Notes: a model not told the origin generated them from the letters alone. A stretch of 64,000 nt of DNA from Bacteroidales bacterium (GCA_045132235.1 JBGURX010000038.1:5708-69707), one strand, 5' to 3'; shown: positions 1 to 10,121, numbered from the stretch's first letter. A program made the numbers and translations.

Positions 1-2171
1 TCGGGATACTTATAATTTGGTTTGCTGCCCATCTCAATTTCCAACGCATCGCCATGGGCAATCATTTCATACTTGATTTGGGTATTGTAATAGGGCTTTC
101 CATTCAATTTAACAGACTGGATATAAGCATTTTTCTTGCTTTGATTTTTGCAGATAATAGTAAAAGTCTTTCCATTTTCGAGATGAATCTTCACTTCGTC
201 GAAAATCGGGGAGCCGAGGTCGTATCGGTTGCTGCCCGGGGCGATGGTATAGAAGCCCATGGCGCTCATGACGTACCAGGCCGACATCTGGCCGCAGTCC
301 TCGTTACCGCACAGCCCGTCGGGGGCATCAGTGTAAAGTTCGGTGAGGATGCGGCGCACCACCTGCTGCGTTTTCCACGGCTGGTCAACATGATTGTATA
401 GGTAGGGAGCGTGGTGGCCGGGCTCGTTGCCGTGCGCATACTGCCCGATGATGCCGGTGAGGTCCACCTGTTCACGTCCCGTCATCTTTGCATTGCCGAA
501 AAAGAGGGTATCCAGCATTTGAGCCACATGCTGTTTGCCGCCCGCCAACTTCACGTAGGTGTTAAAATCGTGCGGCACGTAGGTGGAATACTGCCATGAG
601 TTGGCCTCCGTGAAGTGGTTGTTCACCTCCGCCGGATCGAAGGGCTGGATGAAGGCCCCGTTGCTACGCGGGTGCATAAAACCGTTCTCATCCAGAATGT
701 TTCTGTAGTAGTGACTGCGTTTCCCAAATCGATACTCTGTTTCGTCATCTCCTAAATCCTTGGCATACTGACTGATGCACCAGTCGTCAAAGCAGTATTC
801 CAATGTTTTGGATACCGACTCATGCTCTTTGTCGGCGGGAATGTACTCGTATTTCGCAAACTCGGGGCGGCCCAATTTCGGCAGTTCCGCCGAAGCCACC
901 ATCGCTTCCAACATTTTCTTCTTGTCGTAATCGCCTATTCCTTTGCGACTTGCATCCAAAATCACGGGGATGGCGTGGTAGCCGATCATGCACCACGTTT
1001 CAAAAGCAGAAAGTTCCCACATGGGCAACTGACCACCCTGTTCGTAGGCCAGCAGGAAGGTGTTGAGGAAGTCGTTGGTGCGTTTGCGGTCGATGAGGTT
1101 GAGGAGCGGATGCAGGGCGCGGTAGGTATCCCACAGCGAGAAGACCGTATAGACCTTGTGGCCGTCGCCGCGGTGGATCTGATCATCCTGACCGCGGTAG
1201 CGCCCGTCGAGGTCGGAAAACTCGTATGGAGACAGAAAACAATGATACAGAGCGGTATAGAAAATTCTCATATCATTCTCCTCCCCTTTCACCTCAATCT
1301 TACCCAGCTCTTTATTCCAGGCATCGTTGGCGCGTTGACGGTAGAGGTCGAAGTTGAAAGTAGGTGTTTCCACGAGGTTGGCGCGGGCTCCAGCAATATC
1401 CACCGCCGAGATACCCACATTGAGGACGACCTGCCGCACCGTGTCGGCGAAATAGACCAGTGCCTTGAGGTTGCCGCCTTGGGTATGGTCGTTGGTATTG
1501 AGGAGGGTGGAATCCCTGAAAAACAGCACCTTGACAGCAGGCTGCGACATTTTCATACAGAAATGGGCATACTGTTTGTCGCTCCATGCGCGGGAGACAC
1601 GGTAACCCGTAATCTCTTGGTTGTTCACCACCTCGAGATAACTGTCCAGCACAATGTCGCGGTGGGCGAGGTCAATGACGATGCCGTGGGGCTGGCCGTC
1701 GTTGGCGAAAGTATAGCGGTGGCAGCCCACGTGGGTGGTGGCGGTCAGTTCGGCCAGCACATTCGGGGTTTCCAGCTGCACGGAGTAGTAGCCTGGACTG
1801 GCGGTTTCGTGCTGGTGCGAGAATTTCGAGCAGTAGCGGCTGTTGACCGGGGATCCCTCGCCGGCGAAAGGCATCACGAGGATGTCGCCGTAGTCGGAGC
1901 AGCCGGTGCCGCTGAGGTGGGTATGGGAGAAGCCGTACACCACATCGTCGCTGTAGTGGTAGCCCGAGCAGCCGTCCCAGCCGGAGAGGCGTGTATCGGG
2001 ACCGAGTTGGACGGCCCCGAAGGGAACGAGCGCGCCGGGGAAAGTGTGGCCATGTGCGTCGGTGCCGACGAAGGGGTTGACATACTGGGTGAAATTCTGG
2101 GCCATCATCCGTGCGGGAGCGCACAGCAGAAGAGTGGCGAAGAGAACGAGGGTGATACGGGTATATTTCAT
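1..2171 (-). CDS. GH92 family alpha-mannosidase (3' end cut by window edge)
   Basis: Minus-strand frame stays open to the left edge, so it is absent from the ORF track (no stop in window). My translation from ATG 2171 gives MKYTRITLVLFATLLLCAPARMMAQNFTQYVNPFVGTDAHGHTFPGA ... GFSHTHLSGTG ... GNEDCGQMSAWY, hallmark GH92 motifs, with an N-terminal signal peptide. Confidence 0.9.
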   Translation of the reverse strand, partial: MKYTRITLVLFATLLLCAPARMMAQNFTQYVNPFVGTDAHGHTFPGALVPFGAVQLGPDTRLSGWDGCSGYHYSDDVVYGFSHTHLSGTGCSDYGDILVMPFAGEGSPVNSRYCSKFSHQHETASPGYYSVQLETPNVLAELTATTHVGCHRYTFANDGQPHGIVIDLAHRDIVLDSYLEVVNNQEITGYRVSRAWSDKQYAHFCMKMSQPAVKVLFFRDSTLLNTNDHTQGGNLKALVYFADTVRQVVLNVGISAVDIAGARANLVETPTFNFDLYRQRANDAWNKELGKIEVKGEENDMRIFYTALYHCFLSPYEFSDLDGRYRGQDDQIHRGDGHKVYTVFSLWDTYRALHPLLNLIDRKRTNDFLNTFLLAYEQGGQLPMWELSAFETWCMIGYHAIPVILDASRKGIGDYDKKKMLEAMVASAELPKLGRPEFAKYEYIPADKEHESVSKTLEYCFDDWCISQYAKDLGDDETEYRFGKRSHYYRNILDENGFMHPRSNGAFIQPFDPAEVNNHFTEANSWQYSTYVPHDFNTYVKLAGGKQHVAQMLDTLFFGNAKMTGREQVDLTGIIGQYAHGNEPGHHAPYLYNHVDQPWKTQQVVRRILTELYTDAPDGLCGNEDCGQMSAWYVMSAMGFYTIAPGSNRYDLGSPIFDEVKIHLENGKTFTIICKNQSKKNAYIQSVKLNGKPYYNTQIKYEMIAHGDALEIEMGSKPNYKYP

Positions 2172-2191
2172 GTGATTTTGAATTGATGCTG

Positions 2192-2199
2192 CAAAAATA
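2192..2199 (-). promoter_or_regulatory. Bacteroidota-type -7 box (TAnnTTTG) for the GH92 gene
   Basis: Plus strand reads CAAAAATA, which is TATTTTTG on minus, 20 nt upstream of the ATG at 2171. Confidence 0.5.
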
Positions 2200-2232
2200 C
2201 ATTTTTTTCATGAGAAATCATAGGAAAAGTTG

Positions 2233-2240
2233 TATCTTTG
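2233..2240 (+). promoter_or_regulatory. Bacteroidota-type -7 box (TAnnTTTG) for the murD-like gene
   Basis: TATCTTTG lies 52 nt upstream of the ATG at 2293. Confidence 0.5.
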
Positions 2241-2292
2241 CAAGTTTGAAATAGGAGGGGCTACAGCTCTGAATATGAAATGATAAGCCATT

Positions 2293-3681
2293 ATGAGAAA
2301 GGACAAAATCATAGAATTTTTCAAAGACAAGAAAATTGTCATCGTGGGATTCGGGCGTGAAGGCATTTCCGCCTACAAACTCATCCGGAAGCACTACCCC
2401 AAGCTGCCGCTCACCATCGCCGACCGCAGTCCCCTGATCCATCTCGAAGACTTCCCCGAAGACAAGCACCTGAAGATTGTGGCGGGCGAGGAGTACGACC
2501 AAAACCTCAACCAATACGAGGTCATCCTCAAATCACCGGGCGTCAACTTCAACAATCTCAACTACTTCATCCCCAAGGAGAAATTCGTCACCCAGACCGA
2601 GCTCTTCCTGTTGGCCTACGGCGACAACGTCATCGGCGTGACCGGCACGAAGGGCAAAAGCACCACGGCATCGCTCATCTACCACATCCTCTCGAACTCA
2701 GTAGGCAACACGGTGCTGGCCGGAAACATCGGCACCCCCTTCTTCGACATCATCGAGCAGATTGACGACGACACCACCGTCGTGGCCGAGCTGTCGGCAC
2801 ACCAGCTGGAGTACACCGACCATTCGCCCCACATCGCCATCCTGCTCAACCTCTACCAAGAACACCTCGACCACTTCAACACCTTCAACAACTACCAGCT
2901 CGCCAAACTCAACATCACCGAACACCAGCAGGAGAGCGACATCCTCATCTACAACTTCGATGACCGCTACATCCCCGGCCTCATCGAAAGCCACCAACTG
3001 CAACGGCGTTTCATTCCCTTCAGCAGTCAGACTACGCTAAAAAATGGCGCATTCTGCACGAAAAATGACATCGTGCTGATGAAAAACAACGAGCAGATCT
3101 GCACGATTCCCATTGAGGGAAGGCCCAACATACCCGGACGGCACAACAACAACAATATCATGGCAGCAGTATTAGCCTGCAAAGCCAAAGGCATTGCCGA
3201 TGCCGATATCATCCGCAACATCAGCACATTCAAGGGATTGGAGCACCGTATGGAGCTGGTGGGCACTTTTAAGGACATCACTTTTTACAACGACAGCATC
3301 TCCACCATACCGGAAGCCACCATTGCGGCGCTCAACACCATCAAACGAGTTGACACACTGATTATTGGAGGATTTGACCGCGGCATCGACTACTCGGTTC
3401 TCATCAACCACCTCCGTGAAAATCCGGTGCGCAACATCGTCTTTGTGGGGAAAGTCGGCGAGCGTGTTCTGACGGAATGGAAAGCAGCGGGCAATCCCCT
3501 CCCCGAGCACTATCTCGTAGAGAATGACTATGCCAAAATCGTGGCTTTCGCCTATGCACACACGACCCCCGGCAGCAGCTGTCTGCTCTCCCCCGCCGCC
3601 GCCTCGTACGACCAGTTCAAAGACTTCACCGTGCGCGGCAGAACCTTCAAAACCTTGGTTCAGCAACAGGCTGAAGCCTAA
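2293..3681 (+). CDS. murD: UDP-N-acetylmuramoyl-L-alanine--D-glutamate ligase (MurD family)
   Basis: 462 aa. N-terminal Rossmann-like segment KKIVIVGFGREG, Mur ligase P-loop GVTGTKGKSTT, and C-terminal FKGLEHRMELVG, which is typical of MurD. Confidence 0.8.
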   Translation: MRKDKIIEFFKDKKIVIVGFGREGISAYKLIRKHYPKLPLTIADRSPLIHLEDFPEDKHLKIVAGEEYDQNLNQYEVILKSPGVNFNNLNYFIPKEKFVTQTELFLLAYGDNVIGVTGTKGKSTTASLIYHILSNSVGNTVLAGNIGTPFFDIIEQIDDDTTVVAELSAHQLEYTDHSPHIAILLNLYQEHLDHFNTFNNYQLAKLNITEHQQESDILIYNFDDRYIPGLIESHQLQRRFIPFSSQTTLKNGAFCTKNDIVLMKNNEQICTIPIEGRPNIPGRHNNNNIMAAVLACKAKGIADADIIRNISTFKGLEHRMELVGTFKDITFYNDSISTIPEATIAALNTIKRVDTLIIGGFDRGIDYSVLINHLRENPVRNIVFVGKVGERVLTEWKAAGNPLPEHYLVENDYAKIVAFAYAHTTPGSSCLLSPAAASYDQFKDFTVRGRTFKTLVQQQAEA

Positions 3682-3715
3682 ACCCATCTTCCACCTCTTT
3701 AAAAACCCAAAAACA

Positions 3716-6397
3716 ATGAAAAAGCTCTTCCTCCTCGATGCCATGGCTCTGATTTACAGGGCTTATTATGCCATGATCAAGAGTCCGCGCTACACCACCA
3801 CCGGGCTCAACACCTCCGCCATGCTGGGGTTCACCAACACGCTGTACGAGGTCATCAAGAACGAAAAACCCACGCACATTGCCGTGGCGTTCGACACCGG
3901 CGCGCCCACGCTGCGCCACGCCGACTTCGAGGAGTACAAAGCCAACCGCGAGGCCACTCCCGACGACATCGTCACGGCCATCCCCTACATCAAACGCATC
4001 ATCACCGCCTTTGGAATCCCGATATTGTCGAAAGACGGCTACGAAGCCGACGACATCGTGGGCACCGTGGCCAAACAGGCTGAAATAGATGGTTTTGAGG
4101 TCTATATGATGACCTCCGACAAAGACTACGGACAGCTGGTGTCGGAGCACATTTTCATGTACAAACCTGCCAAATTTGGGCAGAAAGCCGAGGTGGTCGG
4201 CGTGGAGGGCATCTGCGAGAAATACGGCATCCAGCAGCCCGAGCAGCTCATCGACATGCTGGGGTTGTGGGGCGACAGTTCCGACAACATCCCGGGCGTG
4301 CCGGGCATCGGCGAGGTGAAAGCCAAGAAACTGATTGCCCAGTTCGGCAGCATCGAGAACATCTATGCCCGCATCAACGAGGTAGATAATGCCAAACTTC
4401 GGCAGACTCTCATTGACAACGAGGAGCAGGCATTGAAGTCGAAAGCATTGGCAACCATCATTTTAGACGTTCCCATCGAATATCAATGGGATGACATGAA
4501 ATTCGGAAACATCCATGTCAGCGATTTGCAGGCGGTGTTTGCGGAACTCCAGTTCAAAACCCTGTCGGCTCGCATCTTCAACGACCTGCAGCTGACGGCC
4601 AGCAAGCAGCCCGCTGCACCCGACCTGTTTGCTGAAGCCGAACAGCAGGAAGCGGCTGTTCCCGAATTACCTTTATTCAACAGCTTCGAACAGCAAGAGC
4701 ATCATTTTGAAGCCGTTAACCAGTACGACGGCACAGGCAACCTCTACTTCGAGTGGCTGCTGAACGAGGGGAAAATTGCCGGCTTCTTCTATGCCGATGA
4801 ACAGCACATCTTCTATCATCTCCTTGAAAAAGAGCACCATTACTTCAAAGACATTCTCCGAAATATTTTCGGAAAAGAACGGCTTATCATCACTTATAAC
4901 TGCAAACAGAGCTACAAATTCTTGGAGCTGTTAGGCATTCCTGTCAAAGCCCATTTCTTCGATTTGCAGATTGCCCACTACCTTATCCAGCCCGAAAACT
5001 CGCACCTGCTTCCCAACCTCGCAGAAAACTATTTGAACTATACGATGCTTCCGGAAATCAAAAAGATACAGCCATCTGTTAAAGAATTACTCGAAAGAAC
5101 AGACGAGCAGGTGGAGATTTATCGTCAACTTTATCCTATTTTCAATAAAGAATTGACGGACAATAATTTGCAAAGTCTTTTTAAAGAAATAGAAATGCCC
5201 TTGGCCCCTGTGCTGGCAAAGATGGAGAACAACGGCATCCACTTGGACAAGGAGACGCTTGCGGAGAGTTCGCGACAGATTGGCGAGGAGATTGCGTCAC
5301 TGGAGGAGCAGATTTACACGCTTGCAGGCGGTCAGTTCAACATCGGATCACCGAAGCAGCTGGGCGAGGTGCTGTTTGAGAAGCTGCACATCATTGAGAA
5401 TGCGAAGTTGACCAAGACCAAGCAGTACCAGACCGGCGAGGAGATTCTGGTGAAGTTGGCGGCCAAGCATCCCATTGTACCGCTGATTTTGGAGTGGAGA
5501 GGTCTTACCAAACTGAAATCCACCTATATAGATGCGCTGCCTCAGTTGGTAAATCCGGTCACGGGGCGCATCCACACCACCTTCAACCAGACGGTGACGG
5601 CCACGGGGCGGCTCAGTTCCACCAACCCGAACCTGCAGAACATCCCCATCCGGACGGCGCGCGGCAAGGAGTTGCGCAAGGCCTTCACCCCCACCACGGA
5701 AGGGTCGGTCATCATGGCGGCCGACTACTCGCAGGTGGAGCTGCGCATCATGGCGGCGGTGAGCGGCGACACGGCCATGATCAACGCTTTCCAGCACAAT
5801 GTGGACATCCATGCCATGACCGCCGCACGGGTTTACGGGGTGGACTTGGCCCATGTGACGCCCGACATGCGCCGGTCGGCCAAAACCGTCAACTTCGGCA
5901 TCATCTACGGCATCTCCGCCTTCGGACTGGCCGACAGGCTCTACATTTCGCAAAAGGAGGCCCGCGACCTGATCGACGGGTACTACCGACAATTCCCCAA
6001 AATCATCTCTTACCTTAACGAAACCATCGAGTTCGCGCACCAGCACGGCTATGTGGAGACGCTGCTGCACCGCCGCCGCTACATCCGCGACATCAACGCG
6101 GCCAACGGAATGCTGCGCAAAGCCGCCGAACGCAATGCCATCAACGCGCCGATACAGGGCACTGCCGCCGACCTCATCAAAATCGCTATGATACAAGTGG
6201 ATAGAGAGATGAGCCGACGCGGACTGAAGAGCAAAATGCTGCTGCAAATCCACGACGAACTGGTCTTCGAGGTACCCAAAGAGGAAATCGAAGAGATGAA
6301 AGAACTGGTGGTGGGCATCATGAACAACGCCATCCAGATGGACGTGCCGTTGGCCACCGAAGTCAACTACGGTTCTTCGTGGTTTGATGCGCACTGA
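3716..6397 (+). CDS. polA: DNA polymerase I
   Basis: 5'-3' exonuclease N-terminus (LLDAMALIYRAYYA). Pol A-family motifs DYSQVELR, RRSAKTVNFGIIYG and QIHDELVFE. Start moved from track start 3524 to the in-frame ATG at 3716, just after the murD stop. Confidence 0.95.
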   Translation: MKKLFLLDAMALIYRAYYAMIKSPRYTTTGLNTSAMLGFTNTLYEVIKNEKPTHIAVAFDTGAPTLRHADFEEYKANREATPDDIVTAIPYIKRIITAFGIPILSKDGYEADDIVGTVAKQAEIDGFEVYMMTSDKDYGQLVSEHIFMYKPAKFGQKAEVVGVEGICEKYGIQQPEQLIDMLGLWGDSSDNIPGVPGIGEVKAKKLIAQFGSIENIYARINEVDNAKLRQTLIDNEEQALKSKALATIILDVPIEYQWDDMKFGNIHVSDLQAVFAELQFKTLSARIFNDLQLTASKQPAAPDLFAEAEQQEAAVPELPLFNSFEQQEHHFEAVNQYDGTGNLYFEWLLNEGKIAGFFYADEQHIFYHLLEKEHHYFKDILRNIFGKERLIITYNCKQSYKFLELLGIPVKAHFFDLQIAHYLIQPENSHLLPNLAENYLNYTMLPEIKKIQPSVKELLERTDEQVEIYRQLYPIFNKELTDNNLQSLFKEIEMPLAPVLAKMENNGIHLDKETLAESSRQIGEEIASLEEQIYTLAGGQFNIGSPKQLGEVLFEKLHIIENAKLTKTKQYQTGEEILVKLAAKHPIVPLILEWRGLTKLKSTYIDALPQLVNPVTGRIHTTFNQTVTATGRLSSTNPNLQNIPIRTARGKELRKAFTPTTEGSVIMAADYSQVELRIMAAVSGDTAMINAFQHNVDIHAMTAARVYGVDLAHVTPDMRRSAKTVNFGIIYGISAFGLADRLYISQKEARDLIDGYYRQFPKIISYLNETIEFAHQHGYVETLLHRRRYIRDINAANGMLRKAAERNAINAPIQGTAADLIKIAMIQVDREMSRRGLKSKMLLQIHDELVFEVPKEEIEEMKELVVGIMNNAIQMDVPLATEVNYGSSWFDAH

Positions 6398-6807
6398 CGG
6401 ATTTCGTCGTAGGTATAGCCTTTCGACATCAAATGCCGATACAGCTTGGCTTTGTCGGCACCGGGATTTTCCCTATGCCAACGTTCCACCAAGTATTGCA
6501 AATTCTTTTCGTATAGACCTTTATCAAGATTGTTGAGCTGCTCTGTAATGATGGCTGAGCTGACGCCGCGCTGCAAAAGCTCGGCACGGATTTTCACCCT
6601 TCCCCATCGGTTATAGGTCATCTTGCCCCGTACAAAACCCTCGGCGAAGCGGGTATCATCCACGAAACCCTCCTCCAGCAGCTCCTGCATCAGATGCTCG
6701 GATTCCTGCTCCGACATCTTTAACTCTGCCATTTTTTTGCGCACTTCCAAGGCACTTCTATCTCGGAAAGCACAATATTTCAATATTTTAGCATAATTAT
6801 CCATCAC
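6367..6807 (-). CDS. recX: RecX family regulatory protein
   Basis: 146 aa, with helical repeats such as YCAFRDRSALEVRKKM and FVDDTRFAEGFVRGK typical of RecX. Converges on polA and overlaps its 3' end. Confidence 0.8.
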   Translation of the reverse strand: MMDNYAKILKYCAFRDRSALEVRKKMAELKMSEQESEHLMQELLEEGFVDDTRFAEGFVRGKMTYNRWGRVKIRAELLQRGVSSAIITEQLNNLDKGLYEKNLQYLVERWHRENPGADKAKLYRHLMSKGYTYDEIRQCASNHEEP

Positions 6808-6844
6808 ACAAAACCCTCTAAAAGGCGACTTCGGCGGATAGATA

Positions 6845-9800
6845 TTACTTCTGGATCACCAGTTTGCTAACCGAGCACTGGTTGCCGCACCATACTTTCA
6901 CGAGATAGATTCCCGTGCTGTAGGGCAAGGCCATTTCCGTACGGTTCACAGATGTGTTGAAGCTGTCGGCATGGATGGTCTGTCCGAGCAGGTTGCAAAC
7001 CTCGACGCGGGTGAACGGGCTGTCGGATTCCACCACAACCTTGTCGTTGGCGGGATTCGGGAAGATGCGGACAGCGACTGATGACTCGTACTCATGCACC
7101 CCTACCACGCAAGAAGGCGCAGATGGGCTGCTTTCGCCAACAATACAAACGCCAGCCACCGTGAAGCAGTTTTCGCCCTCCACAGTAGGCACGGTGCAAC
7201 AGGTATTGGGGATGTACTCAGCCACCACTTCTCCATTGCGATAAATGGTGTAGCTCTGCGCAGCAGGGACGGCATTCCAGCACACTGTTGCTCTTCCGCC
7301 CGAAATGGTCACTGCATTGACATTCGCAGGCACTGCACTGCAATCGACTCCGCACGATGGTGAATTATGCGTAAAAGAACCTGCAACCGGCGTACCAGAA
7401 GAAGCGTAAATCTGCATGCCATAGTTGTTTTCAATCTCGAAAGAGATCTCCGCATCATAGCTCGACTGGACGGGTGAACCCACAAAGTAGTAGTCGATAT
7501 TGCCCGCCTCGCAGGTATATACGATGGCTGTATCCAAAGAGCCCGATTCCAAAGTGATTTCAGCTATCACCGTATTGCCGCGCTTCATTTGGATCTTCGC
7601 ACCGTTCCAGCCATCGCCGTACTGGTCGTGCATGATGATGCGCACAAAGCAGTTGCACGGATCGGTGGTGAAGCTGCCGCTCTGCCATGTCCCGAAATCG
7701 TCATTCCCACAGACAGGCTGCAAATAGTAATAATAGGTAGTACCACCATTAAGGTAATTAATATGGAACACTTCGCTTTGTATAAGCGTGTCCAGCACAT
7801 TGGCGTAACCCGACGGGTCAGCCAACGGATATTCAGCCATTTTCAGATGCCAAGCCACATCGGAGCCATTGACATTGTCCCATGTAAGGGTTGCCTGATT
7901 GCCCGACACTCCGCTGACGGCAATGTGCTGGGCTGGCCAGCAGTCGGTATGCAACAGAATGGAAAGCTCGTCAACCAAGCAGTAATTGAAATCGGAAACA
8001 CCATTGTGACGAATGGCGATATAGCGGTTACCTCCTGTGAGAGTGGTGTTTGCAAATGAAACGGACTGGAAGTTCCACACCCCTGCAGCATCCGGAGTAA
8101 AGGTAACAACATGCTCAAAAGTGGCATAGTCATTGGGACTTGACATCACACCCACCTCCAAGCTGCCCGAGAGGTTGGCGTCTTCAAAAAAGAGATACAT
8201 CGAAAGTGACAGGTCGTGGATGTCAGTTCCGATGGCGGGCGAAATGGCGTAGGTTTGCATATTGGAACCCGTGCAGAAGAGAAGGCTGTTGTCGCCATTG
8301 ACCGAAGAGATGCCGGAGATGGAAGGCGTGATGGAAGACTGGTAATACGAGGTGGCGGGACGGCTCCAGCAGGCGGGGAAGGCGTTGCTTCCCGTACCAT
8401 AGTCGTCGAAATTCTCATAATAGGGCAATGTGACGATGGTACCGCAGCCAGTGGTGAAGCTCACCACATGGCTCCATTCGCTGTAATTGTTGGTGGAACA
8501 GGCGGAACGGGCATAGAGGTAGTAAGTCGTCAACGGATTAAGATTCTGAAGGTTATAAGTCGTTGAGGAGACGTTTGTCGGAGTGGCCGAAGAGGGATTG
8601 GCGAGGGGGACATCCGACACTACAATCTGCCAATTATTGGCAGAACCAACCTCTGTCCAAGTGATGGTGGCGCCATTGCCAGTGACATCGGAGGCGGTAA
8701 GGTTGGCGGGGGCGAGGCAGCCCGACGCGGCGCGGAGGTTCACTTCGTCAAGGTAGCAGTTGCGGCCGCCGCCGGCAGTGAAGAGGAAGCCGACATAGAC
8801 GGAGGAGTGCGCACCTGCGGCGGGGATCATCACGTCATAGTCGGTCCAGCCTGACAACGCGTTGTGGTAGCGCGGGATAAGACCCTGCGGGGCATTGTTC
8901 CAAGTCGTACCGTCGAAGGAGTACTGCACCTGCACGCCTTCGGTGACCGCCTCTGGGTTCTCGCTACCATGATACCATTTGAAGTTGACATCCAGCACAT
9001 TAGTGCCGACAGTGGAAATTTCAGGTGAGACCAGTCGTCCTTGGCGGCCAGACTGATAACTGCCGCTGGCCCACTGTGCCATGGCGGAGCCGGCCGCAGG
9101 CGACACGAAAGGATTCTGTCCGCTGGCCACAAAGTTCATGGTGGAAGATCCCGTCACTTGCTGGAATGACCAGCAGGCGGGCATTTCGCCATAGGTAAAA
9201 CCCTCTTGCAGCGGCAAAGAAGCGGTGCCGCAGATAGTGGTGAAAATCGTGGAGCTCCACGCACTGTAGTCGCCGCCGCAAACCGACTGCACATAGAAGT
9301 AGTAGGTGGTATTGGGCGACAGATTGTTGTATGTGATGGTAGGATTATTGACGGTAGAGGGATTTGTACCGGCGAAATTCGTGATGGGGGTGGTAGAGCG
9401 GAGCACACGCCACTGCGTGGCAGTACCGGCTTCGGTCCAGTTCAGCGTGGCCGCCTGAGAAGTGATGCCGGTGGCCTGAACATTCACAGGGTTGAGGCAG
9501 TCGGGCATCTCATCTACAAGCACGTTATCGATGTACGACACCGCATTACCTTCATGTTGAATCAGGATGTAACGGCCGCTGCCTGTATAGGAGTCAAAAT
9601 GAACCTCTTGGTGATAAACCATGCCTGTCATGGCCAGAGTTATCGTGTCGATATTGACCATGGAGGTCGATTGTGACCAGTCGGGGAAGTCAATCACGGA
9701 AATGACGATCCGGTTGCCGGTATTCTGCACACTCAAATCAAAACTGATGCGCAAGCCGTTGAGCGGCACGGACATCTCGGGCAGGGCGGCGATACAATAC

Positions 9801-10024
9801 CCGTTGAAAGCAAGGCATTGTTCAATACCCTGCAGTACTGGATAAGGGTAGTTATTGTTGTCTTGCATTTTGGTCCAACAGTCCGGAAAGGAGTTGATAC
9901 CCGTATAGCAGCTCTCAAAATCTATCGAGTAAGGGATGGTTTCAGGATCACACTGGGCTTGAGCGGAAAAGACGATTCCGCAGCAGAACACACTGAGAAA
10001 AAGAACACGCAAAAAGTTTTTCAT
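6845..10024 (-). CDS. Secreted multi-domain T9SS cargo protein (FN3-like and MAM/choice-of-anchor-like domains, YGDGWNG module, type-A CTD)
   Basis: The track ORF extends to 10144, but the ATG at 10024 gives a clean signal peptide (MKNFLRVLFLSVFCCGIVFSAQA). Contains repeated FN3-like units (...TLNWTEAG...TTYYFYVQSVCGG...). The C-terminal 75 aa match the T9SS sorting-domain pattern. Confidence 0.85.
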   Translation of the reverse strand: MKNFLRVLFLSVFCCGIVFSAQAQCDPETIPYSIDFESCYTGINSFPDCWTKMQDNNNYPYPVLQGIEQCLAFNGYCIAALPEMSVPLNGLRISFDLSVQNTGNRIVISVIDFPDWSQSTSMVNIDTITLAMTGMVYHQEVHFDSYTGSGRYILIQHEGNAVSYIDNVLVDEMPDCLNPVNVQATGITSQAATLNWTEAGTATQWRVLRSTTPITNFAGTNPSTVNNPTITYNNLSPNTTYYFYVQSVCGGDYSAWSSTIFTTICGTASLPLQEGFTYGEMPACWSFQQVTGSSTMNFVASGQNPFVSPAAGSAMAQWASGSYQSGRQGRLVSPEISTVGTNVLDVNFKWYHGSENPEAVTEGVQVQYSFDGTTWNNAPQGLIPRYHNALSGWTDYDVMIPAAGAHSSVYVGFLFTAGGGRNCYLDEVNLRAASGCLAPANLTASDVTGNGATITWTEVGSANNWQIVVSDVPLANPSSATPTNVSSTTYNLQNLNPLTTYYLYARSACSTNNYSEWSHVVSFTTGCGTIVTLPYYENFDDYGTGSNAFPACWSRPATSYYQSSITPSISGISSVNGDNSLLFCTGSNMQTYAISPAIGTDIHDLSLSMYLFFEDANLSGSLEVGVMSSPNDYATFEHVVTFTPDAAGVWNFQSVSFANTTLTGGNRYIAIRHNGVSDFNYCLVDELSILLHTDCWPAQHIAVSGVSGNQATLTWDNVNGSDVAWHLKMAEYPLADPSGYANVLDTLIQSEVFHINYLNGGTTYYYYLQPVCGNDDFGTWQSGSFTTDPCNCFVRIIMHDQYGDGWNGAKIQMKRGNTVIAEITLESGSLDTAIVYTCEAGNIDYYFVGSPVQSSYDAEISFEIENNYGMQIYASSGTPVAGSFTHNSPSCGVDCSAVPANVNAVTISGGRATVCWNAVPAAQSYTIYRNGEVVAEYIPNTCCTVPTVEGENCFTVAGVCIVGESSPSAPSCVVGVHEYESSVAVRIFPNPANDKVVVESDSPFTRVEVCNLLGQTIHADSFNTSVNRTEMALPYSTGIYLVKVWCGNQCSVSKLVIQK
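6848..7072 (-). other. T9SS type-A C-terminal sorting domain (Por_Secre_tail type)
   Basis: VRIFPNPANDKVVVESD...GIYLVKVWCGNQCSVSKLVIQK shows the characteristic (F/Y)PNPA start, GxY-hydrophobic motif and K-hydrophobic tail. Confidence 0.8.
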
Positions 10025-10060
10025 AATAACAATGATGGTTGGTTTGTAAAAAATGAGCGG

Positions 10061-10068
10061 CAAAGATA
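10061..10068 (-). promoter_or_regulatory. -7 box (TAnnTTTG) for the 6845-10024 T9SS cargo gene
   Basis: Plus strand reads CAAAGATA, which is TATCTTTG on minus, 36 nt upstream of the ATG at 10024. Confidence 0.5.
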
Positions 10069-10113
10069 CAGAAAAAAAGCAAGTGAAACGTGTTTTGGGA
10101 GAAAAAAATTTCA

Positions 10114-10121
10114 TACCTTTG
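10114..10121 (+). promoter_or_regulatory. -7 box (TAnnTTTG) for the ComEA-like gene
   Basis: TACCTTTG lies 55 nt upstream of the ATG at 10177. Confidence 0.5.

Noticed and set aside
822-2186. 454-aa plus-strand ORF opposite the GH92 gene. The same applies to 5348-6394 (-), 11475-12260 (-), 37281-38816 (+), 39120-41897 (+), 44740-47262 (+) and 50086-51054 (+).
   Set aside because: These are shadow ORFs on the antisense strand of GC-rich, well-supported genes. Their translations are Val/Gly/His/Arg/Ala-rich, and I recognised no motifs, signal peptides or promoter boxes. Each is fully overlapped by a gene with clear family signatures.
3524-3715. Track starts that extend polA (3524), the giant ORF (59691), truB (GTG 60054), hicA (61793), sod, recF, the TonB-dependent-receptor-like gene and the 22166 ORF.
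   Set aside because: In each case a downstream in-frame ATG gives the expected family N-terminus or signal peptide. The extension overlaps the upstream gene or swallows the gene's own TAnnTTTG box.
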